Assembly: GCA_002269645.1 (NCBI GenBank)
Contig: NIVC01000640.1
Coordinates: forward strand, 186,001 to 250,000
Length of the DNA: 64,000 bases
DNA from: Macrostomum lignano
Lineage: Eukaryota
Reading direction: 5' to 3'
The translations under genes and the position numbers were made by a program. Numbering within the stretch: the stretch's first letter is position 1; every line of letters begins with the position of its first letter. Below the pieces are notes generated by a model. The model made no database searches. It saw only the letters and a list, made by a program, of their open reading frames with translations, and had not been told where the DNA came from. This document shows positions 37,001 to 48,851 of this stretch, piece after piece.

Positions 37001-38029
37001 CGCTTAACTCCCACTCACTGAAGTGCTCCAAAGCCCCGTCAACCGCTTAACTCCCACTCACTGAAGTGCTCCAAAGCCCCGCCAACCGCTTAACTCCCAC
37101 TCACTGAAGTGCTCCAAAGCCCCTCCAACCGCTTAACTCCCACTCACTGAAGTGCTCCAAAGCCCTCCAACCGCTTAACTCCCACTCCAGCGGATGACGC
37201 CGTCTACGCCTTGGGCAGCCCTGCGAGACCCTCCAAGCCGCTTGGCGAGGCGCGCGCCCAACTGTCGGGCTTCCTCGTCCGCAGCCTCGTCGAGTTCGCC
37301 AACAGCGGCAACGTGAGCTGGGAGGCCTACGGAGCCGACAGCCGGCGGGTGCTGCTGCTGCGCGACTCTGGAAGCGGCGGCTGGAACGTCAGCTGGCCGC
37401 CTCGCTACGTTGAGCACGCGCTCCGCGGACTGGACTGCGCCTTCTGGGACCAGACGCTGCCGTGCGTCGCCTCGCCTGACTGCATCAACGACCTCCCTAC
37501 GCCCTCGCCGACGACACCGACGGAGACACCGACGGAGACACCAACGGCACCACAGACGGCGACGCCGCAGACGGAGATGACCGATTCTACTGGAACACAG
37601 GTGACTGGCCAGTCAACTAATTATGACTCTACCTTGTCCTCAAGCTCTACAGGTCCCACCGATCATTCAGAAATCACTGACTCAACACCCGCACCTACTA
37701 CTCCGATCCTCCCTTCCGAGACTCCGAACCCGGATGCAGGCGGCCTCGAAACCTGGGCAGTTGCACTCATTGTGGTCTTCTCCGTTGTCGGCGCTGGCCT
37801 GCTGATTGGCAGCGGCTTCTTGCTCTACAGGTGTTATTTTCGGAGTCAGTCAGATGGAGAGAACTTTCCGATGGAGTCAAACTCTGGTAGAGCAAATCCA
37901 CCAAAGAGGCAAGCAGTTCAGCAGCCACCGCCGCAGCAGCAGTATCGTCAGCATGAGCAGCCAGAAAATTATCTGCGGCAGTCGAGGCCGACTGAAGCCG
38001 GCAACAGCAACGGCGGATATACTGGCTGA
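31020..38029 (+). CDS. Type I membrane protein with two tandem non-catalytic carboxylesterase/cholinesterase-like domains (~1272 aa, 8 exons)
   Basis: Exons 31020-32057, 32370-32757, 32839-33252, 33803-34054, 34417-34707, 35454-35755, 36097-36391, 37191-38029; all GT-AG, 3819 nt, phases consistent. Signal peptide; two copies of FLxxPYAxPP-G-RF; SEDCLYLNLWTP; Thr/Pro stalk; TM WAVALIVVFSVVGAGLLIGSGFLLY. Confidence 0.85.
32137..32369. repeat. 33/35-bp intronic tandem repeat ending at the acceptor
   Basis: Unit CTGTCACTCACCTGACCCACCTGGCCACTTTGCAG, ~7 copies. Confidence 0.93.
33281..33752. repeat. 12-bp intronic tandem repeat (ATTGAGTCCCGC)
   Basis: About 39 copies. Confidence 0.95.
34055..34245. 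repeat. Degenerate purine-rich GAGGGTGAGGA repeat
   Basis: Begins at the donor GTGAGT. Confidence 0.75.
34828..35470. repeat. 67-bp tandem repeat spanning an intron/exon boundary
   Basis: About 9.5 copies; each contains CTCCTCAG|CCAGCTACCTGAGCTGC. Confidence 0.94.
35768..36115. repeat. 49-bp tandem repeat spanning an intron/exon boundary
   Basis: About 7 copies; each contains CACAG|CACCTGG(G/C)CCAGTCACT. Confidence 0.93.
36492..37188. repeat. 43-bp intronic tandem repeat
   Basis: About 16 copies containing CTTAAC and TCCCACTC; the last copy runs into the acceptor CAG. Confidence 0.95.
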
Positions 38030-39230
38030 AAATTTGTCTTTTAAAATTCTTTCTTTTCTTCATTTGAATATTCAGACAGTCAGCAAGACGTAACCTACAT
38101 ACACGAATATTGCATGTGCAATACACTCAAGTTGATTCACGTATAGTATTTGGCTTAGCTAGCGGTTTGATTGTTCAGAGACTCGCTTCACTTGTTATCG
38201 TTTTTCTTCTCTCTTGCTCTTATTCTGTTTCGCGGAGCTAATTCAACATTTCGCGCGCGTTATGGACGTACCCACTGTCGATGAACGTTAATGGAGAATG
38301 GACACTTTTAAGTTTTACATTAGTCAGACGGAGGCCGACCTACCAAAACATTTTTGTTTTAATTATTTTTTTTTCGCTGATTTGCGCAGTCTTGTCGTTA
38401 CTAGCGTCGGCTATCTATTGTAAAAGTCCGCGCCTAGCTTCAACGTCGCATATGCGACGGGTTTTTGTGCTGTGCATATATATAGCTATAACGTACCTGT
38501 AGGACTTTTGCTGTGACTTTCGCCTACATAATTATACGCGTATGCTGTTTGCCCTGCATCATTGCAATTCCATGATTAATTACACTTCCTCTTGCCGTGT
38601 GCATGTACACGTGAAATGGTGTAAAATTGGATGCACTGTTTATGAGTGTATTATTACTCTTTGACAATATTTTGAGATGAGGGACCAATGAGGGACCAAT
38701 CGGAATTTTTTTGAAATTTTCAGATACTTCCAGTTATAAAAGAGTGAAAAAGGACACCGCCAACATTTGAAGTCAAAGCCAACGCGCTTCGACACAAGCA
38801 TGCAGTCAAGCAGCTTAAACAGCAAATAATTATATTTGAGTTAAGGGTACAGGGCAGTAGACATAGTGTGCTCAGTCCCTATCGATAAATGCACAATCAG
38901 GTATGAAAACAGAGTAAACGGCCTACAATTCACTGAACTTAATTGGCAAAGCGATCGGTACGCAAACACTGAGTTTAGAAAATTTTGAGCTGCAAAATGG
39001 CTCATCCACCTGCAAGCTGCGCATTCAAACTATAGGCCTGTGATTTTGTGAAGCTTTACAAGCGTATGTCCTCATTCTTTTATATTTTTTGTTCAGCGAG
39101 CATCTCTACCTAACTTTCTATTTCAAGTTAGATTTTGTTAACTTTTTTTAATAAAAGCAGCCTTATTTAAGAGTTTTGGACCATACATGTACATGCATAT
39201 ATGATATGAATATGATGATGCTCATGAAGT

Positions 39231-39935
39231 CAAGGACGACTTAAGTAGAAGGACGGGAAACCTCGTTTCTTAGAAAATTTGACGAGTAGAAGGCAGGTTT
39301 TCCCGAAAAAATACGCTATGGAGATAAGAAGTTTTCATTTTTTAGCACAAAAATTGCTATTGCTTTTAATAGGAGGCAGATCCAGTGTTCATCTTTTGAT
39401 ATGTTGTGCCTTTCTTATTGCTCTATCGATATTCGAAAAGCTTTTCGTTCAGAAAAATAGATTTCTATGTTAATTTTTTTTAACATACATTTTCTGTATC
39501 TAAAAATCACAAAAATGCATGACACAGCTCCAATATTTGGTTTTATGAATCTATTTTATCATCTCTGTTACAAATATTTGTTACACAGTCAGGTAAGAAT
39601 GATAAAATAGACTCACCAAAGAGCCAAGCCGTGGCATTTTAATGTATTTCAGGCACAAGACACGTGAAAATGTACGTAGAAAAAAAAATTACATAGAATC
39701 CAAATTTTTTGAAGGAAAAGCTTTATGAATATCGATAGAGCAATAAAAAAGGCACAACATATCAAAAGATGAACACTGGATCTGCCTCCTATCAAAATCA
39801 ATAGCAATTTTTGTGCTGAAAAAATGAAAACTTCCTATCTCCATGGCGTATTTTTTTCGGGAAAACCTGCCTTCTACTCGTCAAATTTTCTAAGAAACGA
39901 GGTTTCCCGTCCTTCTATAACTTAAGTCGTCCTTG
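39231..39935. mobile_element. Long-TIR foldback/MITE (705 bp)
   Basis: Ends CAAGGACGACTTAAG / CTTAAGTCGTCCTTG; arms pair over ~270 bp; GT on both flanks. Superfamily unclear. Confidence 0.85.
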
Positions 39936-40912
39936 GTTCGTGTATGTACGTATCAGTTCCTTGTAGCTCTAATTAAAGACACTATATTTTTTACAACCAA
40001 CTGTTTGCAGTTATGCGTACATGTACATGTCAATGCTAAAAAGTCTAAGACCAACCAAGAGACTACACTACACTATAATGAGAGTGAGATCTTTTCCCCT
40101 TCAATTTAACCACTCAATTACATAATCATGAGCACCAAGGGGAGTTGGATTGCAGCATCCAATAGCTTTGGTTTGGAGGCAGTGGTCAAGCAGTACCTGA
40201 CTTCGCCAATGTAGAATGACACTGAAGACACTGGATATTGCATACTCTGAGGATTTATTTAAAGTTTTATATCATTTACTCTCTAAATGCGAAAAAAACT
40301 TTGACTTGTTTGTTAATATAAATGTTAAAAGTAACAATGTTTCTCGGAAAAGATTTGCGGGATGTTCTAATTAATTTATAACCCCATATCATCATTCACC
40401 TTTATGTCTGGACTAAATATGTACGCTGTCGCTGCTGACTACACTCTATAGACTATAGTATATGACAGTGCGGACCCAATTGGGTGGCATTGGCCCCGCC
40501 CCTCAGCCGTGTCCAAAAAACTTGGGCCATACTTTTGGTCTGGAATTAGGGGCCTATACAGGCTGAGCCTGTATAATACAGCTGTTATCTTCTAAAAACT
40601 AAAATTATATTTCGCAACCAATTAAATTCTCAAAATCAGCAAGTCTTGTTGAAAATGAAAGGCCAAATAAAAGTTTCAAACTAATTTAATTAAAAAAATA
40701 ATATGGTTACAAAGCTAGGTCTTTTTTAATTTTTATATTATTGTTTGCCATGATGTCTTATTGCTTCAAAAATCTATTTAATTTAATAATAGGGAGCCTA
40801 GGTTGCATTGCCATTGGCATTAGCATTGTTGTTATAAACTAGGCCTAACAATCTAACATGATAAATATGTTTTTTGACATAGGGTAGGGCCTATTTTTAT
40901 ATTAAATATTAT

Positions 40913-42258
40913 GGTTTTAGTCCATTTCGGCAAAAGCCCACTTCGGCAAAGGCCACTTTGGCAAAAGACCATTTCAGAGAATCCACTTTGGCGAATGCAA
41001 TTGACCACTTTGGTGAACAATATAATATAATTTATTTTATTTTACATATTTGAATTATAATAGTATTTTATTACTACAACTAAAAATTTAGTACTAAAAT
41101 TGTAAATTTTTCTATCACCTTTTGTTGTACTTTCTTAACACAAAATAGTCAGTTCACTCTTATGTTTAAAATTTTGTTCTAAGTAAAAGAAAAGCCTAAG
41201 AAAAACCAAACCATTGCTAAAAACTTGGTAAGTCAACAATGTCATCCAAGTACATGGTTGACTTGGGAAGTTTAGCATGTTTTTTTACCCGAGTACTTTA
41301 GATATAGATTTTTACTGTATTTCTTCAGTTTCAACAGGAGTAGTTTTAAGAATATTCTTAAAAATACATGTAGCACAAATTAAATGTACATAGCTATATG
41401 TTCTTAAAATGTCTATTTTCTAATTGAAAACCTAGCTAAATGGTCAGTTACATGTAATTTTGCTTTACAAACAAAGTCAAAGTTGAATTCAAATCAGGAA
41501 AACAATAATACTTTTAGTACATTATGCACTTTATTGGTTTCAAAATTACATGTATATATACATATAGAGCAGCAGGTATACAGTATATACAATTTTTTTA
41601 GCTTTCATGTATATATATATATATGAGCTCGTATAGCATGAATGAATAGCATGAATTGTCAATTGCTGGGTATCGCACATATTCATTATTATTGAAATGA
41701 TCACGGCACATTCAGTTTGCTACAGGCGTGCAGTAGCTGCATAGCAATATACAGACCAGTTTCATACTTTGCCCAAAGTGAAGCAAACTTCATCTGGCGC
41801 TTGAGAAAAGCTGCTCGGTCAACTTGTCGAGCAGTGCCTTGTTCTAATAGTCAGCTCTCCACAAAGACCAGATGGACCTCTTCATGAAGCAACCGGATCA
41901 GAAGGTAAAAGGGCAGCTGGCCTTGTTGAGCTCGAGTGTCCCCAAAATGTGGCAATTACGTCACACAAAATCTCTTCGCAATAGTTAAGGCACTTTGGCA
42001 CATTGGTTTTATTAAGATTATTATAGCTAAGTAGATCAATGAACTCAATATTACAGGAAGCAGATATTAATTTCTTTGCAGGAGATAAACTTGTATGTAC
42101 TAGCATACTGTTATCTTGTTTCGTTAAACAAATGTTTTGTTATGTTTCACAGGCTTTGCCAAAATGGTCATTTCATTTGCCAAAGTTGATTCTCCAAAAT
42201 GGTCTTTTGCCCAAGTGGCCTTCGCCGAAGTGGTCTATCACCAAAATGGTCAGCACCC
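40913..42258 (-). mobile_element. MULE/Mutator internal-deletion derivative
   Basis: About 100-bp TIRs with internal GACCACTT(C/T)GGCAAA repeats; 8-bp TSD AATATTAT; transposase remnant inside. Confidence 0.8.
41701..41940 (-). pseudogene. MULE transposase C-terminal remnant
   Basis: Hand translation DTRAQQGQLPFYLLIRLLHEEVHLVFVES*LLEQG...LWAKYETG...QLLHACSKLNVP* resembles invertebrate MULE transposase C-termini (from memory). Confidence 0.72.
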
Positions 42259-44249
42259 AATATTATTGGCTTATCCTTGTAAAATAGTAAAACTTGTATC
42301 ATAGGGCCCAATCATAAAGAATGCAATCCACTTTAGTAATAGCCATTTTGGTAACTGCCATTTTAGTAACAAAAATGACTAGGCCTACTTTGATTGATAA
42401 TAGCCATTTTGGTAACAAAGCAGATTTATGACTATCAACACTATATTTCTATGGTAATTAAATTTAGTAGGGCCTAACAATTAATTTAATAATTAACATC
42501 TCAAATATTGTATTTATTTGTATTTCCACATATAGTTAAAATTTTCTAGTTAAACTATATTACAATTTGTTTAAACTTGCACATTAATTTTGTAATAAAT
42601 TTGAAGGCAAAGAAAATTAAGCAAAGCATATAATTTATTGAAATGGGATATTTAAATTAATTAATGAAGCAAAAAATAGATTCTATAATTTTAAGTTGTT
42701 GCTGACTCAGAGATTCTAATGTATATAATATTTGGTCAATTATAGGATATCTCAATATTGATACATACATCCGACTTATACAAAAAGTATAATAGATCAG
42801 TTAAAACACTTTTAAATAAACAAATTAAACTTATACTGTCATGTTTTCTTTAAAGTTTGTTTGCATATTATATATATATATATATATATATTAACTTTAT
42901 TAATTGATATGATACAATATATTATATATCATAATATGATACATATATTATTAGAATCATTTCTGTCCTATTCTTATAGTATTAATTTTATGAGAATAAT
43001 TTTTTGCTTATCCATATGGCATTGACAAGATAGCTACTATATTGTTATATTATAATTAAACTGTAAGTAACAAACTAATTTTTTTCTTACAGTATCTATT
43101 AGAAGAAGATAAGACAGACTATTTTGTCATTGTGCCTTGTGGATAAAAAGTTAAGTATTCTTTATATATAATATATTTAGGAAGATAAGCAACTATCTTG
43201 CTAGTATATTATATGGATAAGATAGAAATAATTTTTATAACATGTAGAAGATAAGATAGCTATCTAATTAGTTTATATATAGATATAGATAAGACAAAAA
43301 TTATTCTTATGAATGTACTGTATAGATAAACACTGTCTTAGATTATATCATTATCAATGGCCTATCTATACTTACTAAGAAAGTCTTCTACAAACTAGAA
43401 TTTTATGGTAACATTAGCCTTTTTTAGCTTGGTATGTAATAAAGCTGTGTATAATAATGAATAATAATACAATAGATATATATTGGGTTGAGGGGATAGG
43501 TGCATATACTATGTTCTACATATAAGGCAAATAACTTTCCCCCCTATGTTGGGGGTGCAATTAAACTTAATGATTCCCTAGGAATAGGGGGAGATTGGGC
43601 TTAATCTGAGTGTACATAGTAGTTGTACAGTATAAACAGATAGATAAGACTATGTTGAGATTCAATTAGTCTTATTATTGGCCTTGTGTTTTAGCTACAC
43701 AGTGAAATTCAATAAACAAACTTATGAGCCTCTTAGGCAAGCAGTCAGGAAATTGGTAAATTTCAAATGCTAATTGTTCTTTGATTTTTAAACTCTAAGA
43801 GGAAAGACTTATATTGCTAGAAATATCTTATAACACTGAGTTTAGGGATATCAGTTTCTTGCTTTATATATAAAAACAAAAGGCACAGCATTCAAGATAA
43901 AACATTCTTTTAATTTCTGACATGTCTTCTGTATATAATTCAATTAAAACCCCCATGTTGGAGGTGGCGGCAATAGGGTTCAATGTACAGGTGAATACCC
44001 AGTAAAGAGGCTACGGATAACAATGAAATGAAAGAACAATGAAATGATGTTAACTCTAACCCTAACCACTGACACCTCTAACTTGAATTATTAAAAGTAT
44101 GGAAATCAAAGATCTTTTGGATCTCAATCTCAATTTAAAAGTCTTGATGGACTAGAATTTCATGGAGATATTGGGTATTATGATTAAATTAGTGAATTGC
44201 AACTTGCTTGATGGAGATGATATTAAAAATAGATTATTGTTGAATGGAG

Positions 44250-44620
44250 AAGATTTTGATAGAATTTAGCTTCATGAAAAGAATTTGATAAAGTTCTATT
44301 TATGGAAAGAATTTTGATAGATTTCTGTTTGATGGAGAGGATTTCAATGGTTTTTACTTTCATGGAAAGGATTTCTATTTTGCAGAGAAGATTTTGATGG
44401 AGTTCTATTTCACAGAGAGAATTTTGATGGATTTCTATTTGACAAAGAGGATTTTGATGGTTTTCACTTTCACAGAGAGGATTTCTATTTTGCAAAAAGG
44501 ACTTTGATAGAGAAGTTTCACAGAGGTGAATATTGATGGTTTTAGCTTCATGGGGAGGATTTCAATGGAATTCTATTTTATGGAGAGGATATTAATAGAG
44601 TCCTATTTCATGGGGAGGAT
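44250..44620. repeat. Highly degenerate ~33-bp repeat
   Basis: Recurring GAGAGGATTTTGATGGA and TTCTATTT motifs. Confidence 0.55.
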
Positions 44621-45750
44621 TCTGATAGATTTGGAAAGGATTAAGATAATGGGATTTGGGTCATAGGATTAAACTAATGGATTTCAGGGAATTAAATTCT
44701 AGTGATAAGAGTTATTAAACCCTTTTCTCCTCCAAAAGAGGAATTCTATTTATACTATAATAATTTCTATATTCTTATAGATTTTTGTTGTCTTTTATAG
44801 CCTAGACCTTTGTTAACTTAATTGGGCATAAGTGTCTAATAAGACAGACCAATATTTTCAGTTCTTTCTAGCATTTTTTACTGTGCTAAACTGTAAAAAA
44901 TAAAGTAGAAATTCCCTAACTGCTAGGTTTATGCACTATGATTTTTTGCAACTTTCATTGCTATATTGTATTTGATACACAGAACTTAATTTAGGCATGG
45001 CTGCATAGAAGCCAGGTAATTAGTTTTTTATTCAGATGCTACAACTGATGTTTGTTTGTTTTCTAATTGTTTTAACTTTTAATATTCATTTTCATAAAAA
45101 GCCAAATATGCCACTTTTACTTAGTAAAGTGCATATAATATATACTCATATGCAAATTTTTTTATGATTCTCATTAGTTTTCTAATAGATTATACTAATC
45201 CACTAAATCCTAATTTTGTCAATTTTTAAGCATATATCAAAAAATCACATTTTCACTCATTGCTCTATTCCAAAATATAAAAAAATGACCAGATTATTCA
45301 TTCTATCAGGTGATTATTCATCTCTTTCTATATCTCATTTATGCCTAGCCTTTGGTGGTTAGTGCACAAAGATTCAAAGCTCAAAGGAATTTTGTAGCAT
45401 ATAAAAGTTAGGATTTCTAATATTCTATCTAATAAAGACTATATGATCCATTAATGTTTAGTCTACTAAAAATAGTATACTAAATATTTTTGGACCACTA
45501 GTCACTATCAAAATATAGAACTAACTTTTAATTAATTATAACTTTAAGGTATCACAATGCCAGAATAAATCACTATACTGTTTATATATTATTAGGGCTG
45601 AAAAAAAAGTTCTTTTTTACAATATTTCTATTGCATGCTATATTACAGTGGTTAGTTGATACTAAATTGTATTATCAAATGATAATGTGTAAATATGACT
45701 ACAAGTAAATATGACTTGTATATAGAACAAGTGTGTTGGTGATACAAGTA

Positions 45751-46026
45751 CATACATGCGCAACTGCTAGACAACCTGGCCGATCTGGCCACTGTAAATT
45801 GTGGTGGACCAGGGGTAAGTTGCAAGAATGCCCACCCCAAAGAATATAGACATAGTACTAATTAGATGACGATGCATTTTTAGCCCTCATAAGACAGTTA
45901 TAGTTACTCCTGCCATTTACCCAAAAGCGTTGATTTTGCTTTAGGGTTTCTTTCATAGGTAAGTTGCATTTTTGGTCAAAAAGTAAGTTGCATGGCCAGT
46001 GTAAATCAGGGGGTTGCGCATGTATG
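45751..46026. mobile_element. hAT MITE (276 bp)
   Basis: 14-bp perfect TIR CATACATGCGCAAC; perfect 8-bp TSD TACAAGTA. Confidence 0.85.
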
Positions 46027-46900
46027 TACAAGTAGCAATAGTATAAGGCTACTATTTATTAAGTAGATTTTTTTATTACATTTACCCCAATTGAAATTGA
46101 CCTTACCTTACCTTTGATTGGGATTGGCCTAGTCTGGTCAATCCAATTGGGCCAGATATATTATAATATTGGGCCAGTTTTTTAACCACTAGGCCCCAAT
46201 TAGGCCAGATGTGCAACCAACAGCTCAGGTGTAGCTATATATCTACAGCTGACTAGGACTATGGGTTGCTATATACATCCTCAATTATCCCAGCTAATTC
46301 TGGCATCCATTTTATAGCTGGATGCCTTCTTAACTCAGCTCTTAGTTCTTAGTTTAGTGTTTGAATACACATGGCAGTTGAATTTCTACTTCAAAAGCAT
46401 TGTTATTGTAACTGGCATTATTAGATACATGTGATTGAGCATTTTGATGACATCAAATTTCCTTCTGGTTTTCTGATTCTTGTCGGCTTAGCTGCAATAG
46501 AAAGTGTTTTTCCTTTGATCCAGGAGTATAACTTTCTAGTCTGGTCAATCTCGTTTTGTGAGCTCAGTCGCCCCCCTGAGTGCAACTCAGCCCGATAGTT
46601 TGTGTCGGCGTTAGATCAAAGAAAATTAACCCGCCAGTGTCTAACTCTGCTCCTCTGGACCTCCTAGTATTATTTACCTTTGATGCCGCCCGCCCCGTTT
46701 TATGATGGGGCCAGATCTTTGTGTACGCAAGGCCAGATTAGGAAGTCTGGCTAAAGCTACAGTGTTGGTGCATTCTTTTTAACTGAAACTCCGTCTCAGA
46801 ACATTCCTAGATTAGATGGCATGACTAAACGTTTAAAGCTGCATATCTGTCTTTCGGACTTGTCAAAATTATCTCAGTAATTTTTTTAATCTTCGTTGTC

Positions 46901-48851
46901 TATAGATAGTCTTGCGGTTTGTATTCTCAGCTCAGATAGTCATGCGGTTTCAGTTCTCAGCTCAGATAGTCATGCGGTTTGTGTTCTCAGCTCAGATAGT
47001 CATGCGGTTTGTATTCTCAGCTCAGATAGTCATGCGGTTTCAGTTCTCAGCTCAGATAGTCATGCGGTTTGTGTTCTCAGCTCAGATAGTCATGCGGTTT
47101 CAGTTTTCAGCTCAGATAGTCATGCGGTTTCAGTTCTCAGCTCAGATAGTCATGCGGTTTGTGTTCTCAGCTCAGATAGTCATGCGGTTTGTGTTCTCAG
47201 CTCAGATAGTCATGCGGTTTGTGTTCTCAGCTCAGATAGTCATGCGGTTTCAGTTCTCAGCTCAGATAGTCATGCGGTTTCAGTTCTCAGCTCAGATAGT
47301 CATGCGGTTTCAGTTCTCAGCTCAGATAGTCATGCGGTTTCAGTTCTCAGCTCAGATAGTCATGCGGTTTGTGTTCTCAGCTCAGATAGTCATGCGGTTT
47401 GTGTTCTCAGCTCAGATAGTCATGCGGTTTCAGTTCTCAGCTCAGATAGTCATGCGGTTTGTGTTCTCAGCTCAGATAGTCATGCGGTTTGTGTTCTCAG
47501 CTCAGATAGTCATGCGGTTTGTGTTCTCAGCTCAGATAGTCATGCGGTTTCAGTTCTCAGCTCAGATAGTCATGCGGTTTGTGTTCTCAGCTCAGATAGT
47601 CATGCGGTTTCAGTTCTCAGCTCAGATAGTCATGCGGTTTCAGTTCTCAGCTCAGATAGTCATGCGGTTTCAGTTCTCAGCTCAGATAGTCATGCGGTTT
47701 GTGTTCTCAGCTCAGATAGTCATGCGGTTTCAGTTCTCAGCTCAGATAGTCATGCGGTTTGTGTTCTCAGCTCAGATAGTCATGCGGTTTGTATTCTCAG
47801 CTCAGATAGTCATGCGGTTTCAGTTCTCAGCTCAGATAGTCATGCGGTTTCATTTCTCAGCTCAGATAGTCATGCGGTTTGTCTTCTCAGCTCAGATAGT
47901 CATGCGGTTTGTATTCTCAGCTCAGATAGTCGCGGTTTCAGTTCTCAGCTCAGATAGTCATGCGGTTTCAGTTCTCAGCTCAGATAGTCATGCGGTTTGT
48001 CTTCTCAGCTCAGATAGTCATGCGGTTTGTCTTCTCAGCTCAGATAGTCATGCGGTTTGTCTTCTCAGCTCAGATAGTCATGCGGTTTCAGTTCTCAGCT
48101 CAGATAGTCATGCGGTTTCAGTTCTCAGCTCAGATAGTCATGCGGTTTCAGTTCTCAGCTCAGATAGTCATGCGGTTTCAGTTCTCAGCTCAGATAGTCA
48201 TGCGGTTTCAGTTCTCAGCTCAGATAGTCATGCGGTTTCAGTTCTCAGCTCAGATAGTCATGCGGTTTCAGTTCTCAGCTCAGATAGTCATGCGGTTTCA
48301 GTTCTCAGCTCAGATAGTCATGCGGTTTCAGTTCTCAGCTCAGATAGTCATGCGGTTTCAGTTCTCAGCTCAGATAGTCATGCGGTTTCAGTTCTCAGCT
48401 CAGATAGTCATGCGGTTTCAGTTCTCAGCTCAGATAGTCATGCGGTTTCAGTTCTCAGCTCAGATAGTCATGTGGTTTTGTGTTCTCAGCTCAGATAGTC
48501 ATGCGGTTTGTGTTCTCAGCTCAGATAGTCATGCGGTTTCAGTTCTCAGCTCAGATAGTCATGCGGTTTGTGTTCTCAGCTCAGATAGTCATGCGGTTTC
48601 AGTTCTCAGCTCAGATAGTCATGCGGTTTGTGTTCTCAGCTCAGATAGTCATGTGGTTTTGTGTTCTCAGCTCAGATAGTCATGCGGTTTGTGTTCTCAG
48701 CTCAGATAGTCATGCGGTTTGTGTTCTCAGCTCAGATAGTCATGCGGTTTCAGTTCTCAGCTCAGATAGTCATGCGGTTTGTGTTCTCAGCTCAGATAGT
48801 CATGCGGTTTGTGTTCTCAGCTCAGATAGTCATGCGGTTTCAGTTCTCAGC
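46901..48851. repeat. 30-bp minisatellite (TTCTCAGCTCAGATAGTCATGCGGTTT + GTG/CAG), ~65 copies
   Basis: Strict register; variation is almost confined to one triplet. Confidence 0.98.

Noticed and set aside
31020-37500. Active acetylcholinesterase or carboxylesterase
   Set aside because: Both domains lack the nucleophilic Ser and the catalytic His.
44050-44070. Interstitial telomere (CTAACCCTAACC)
   Set aside because: Only about two units.
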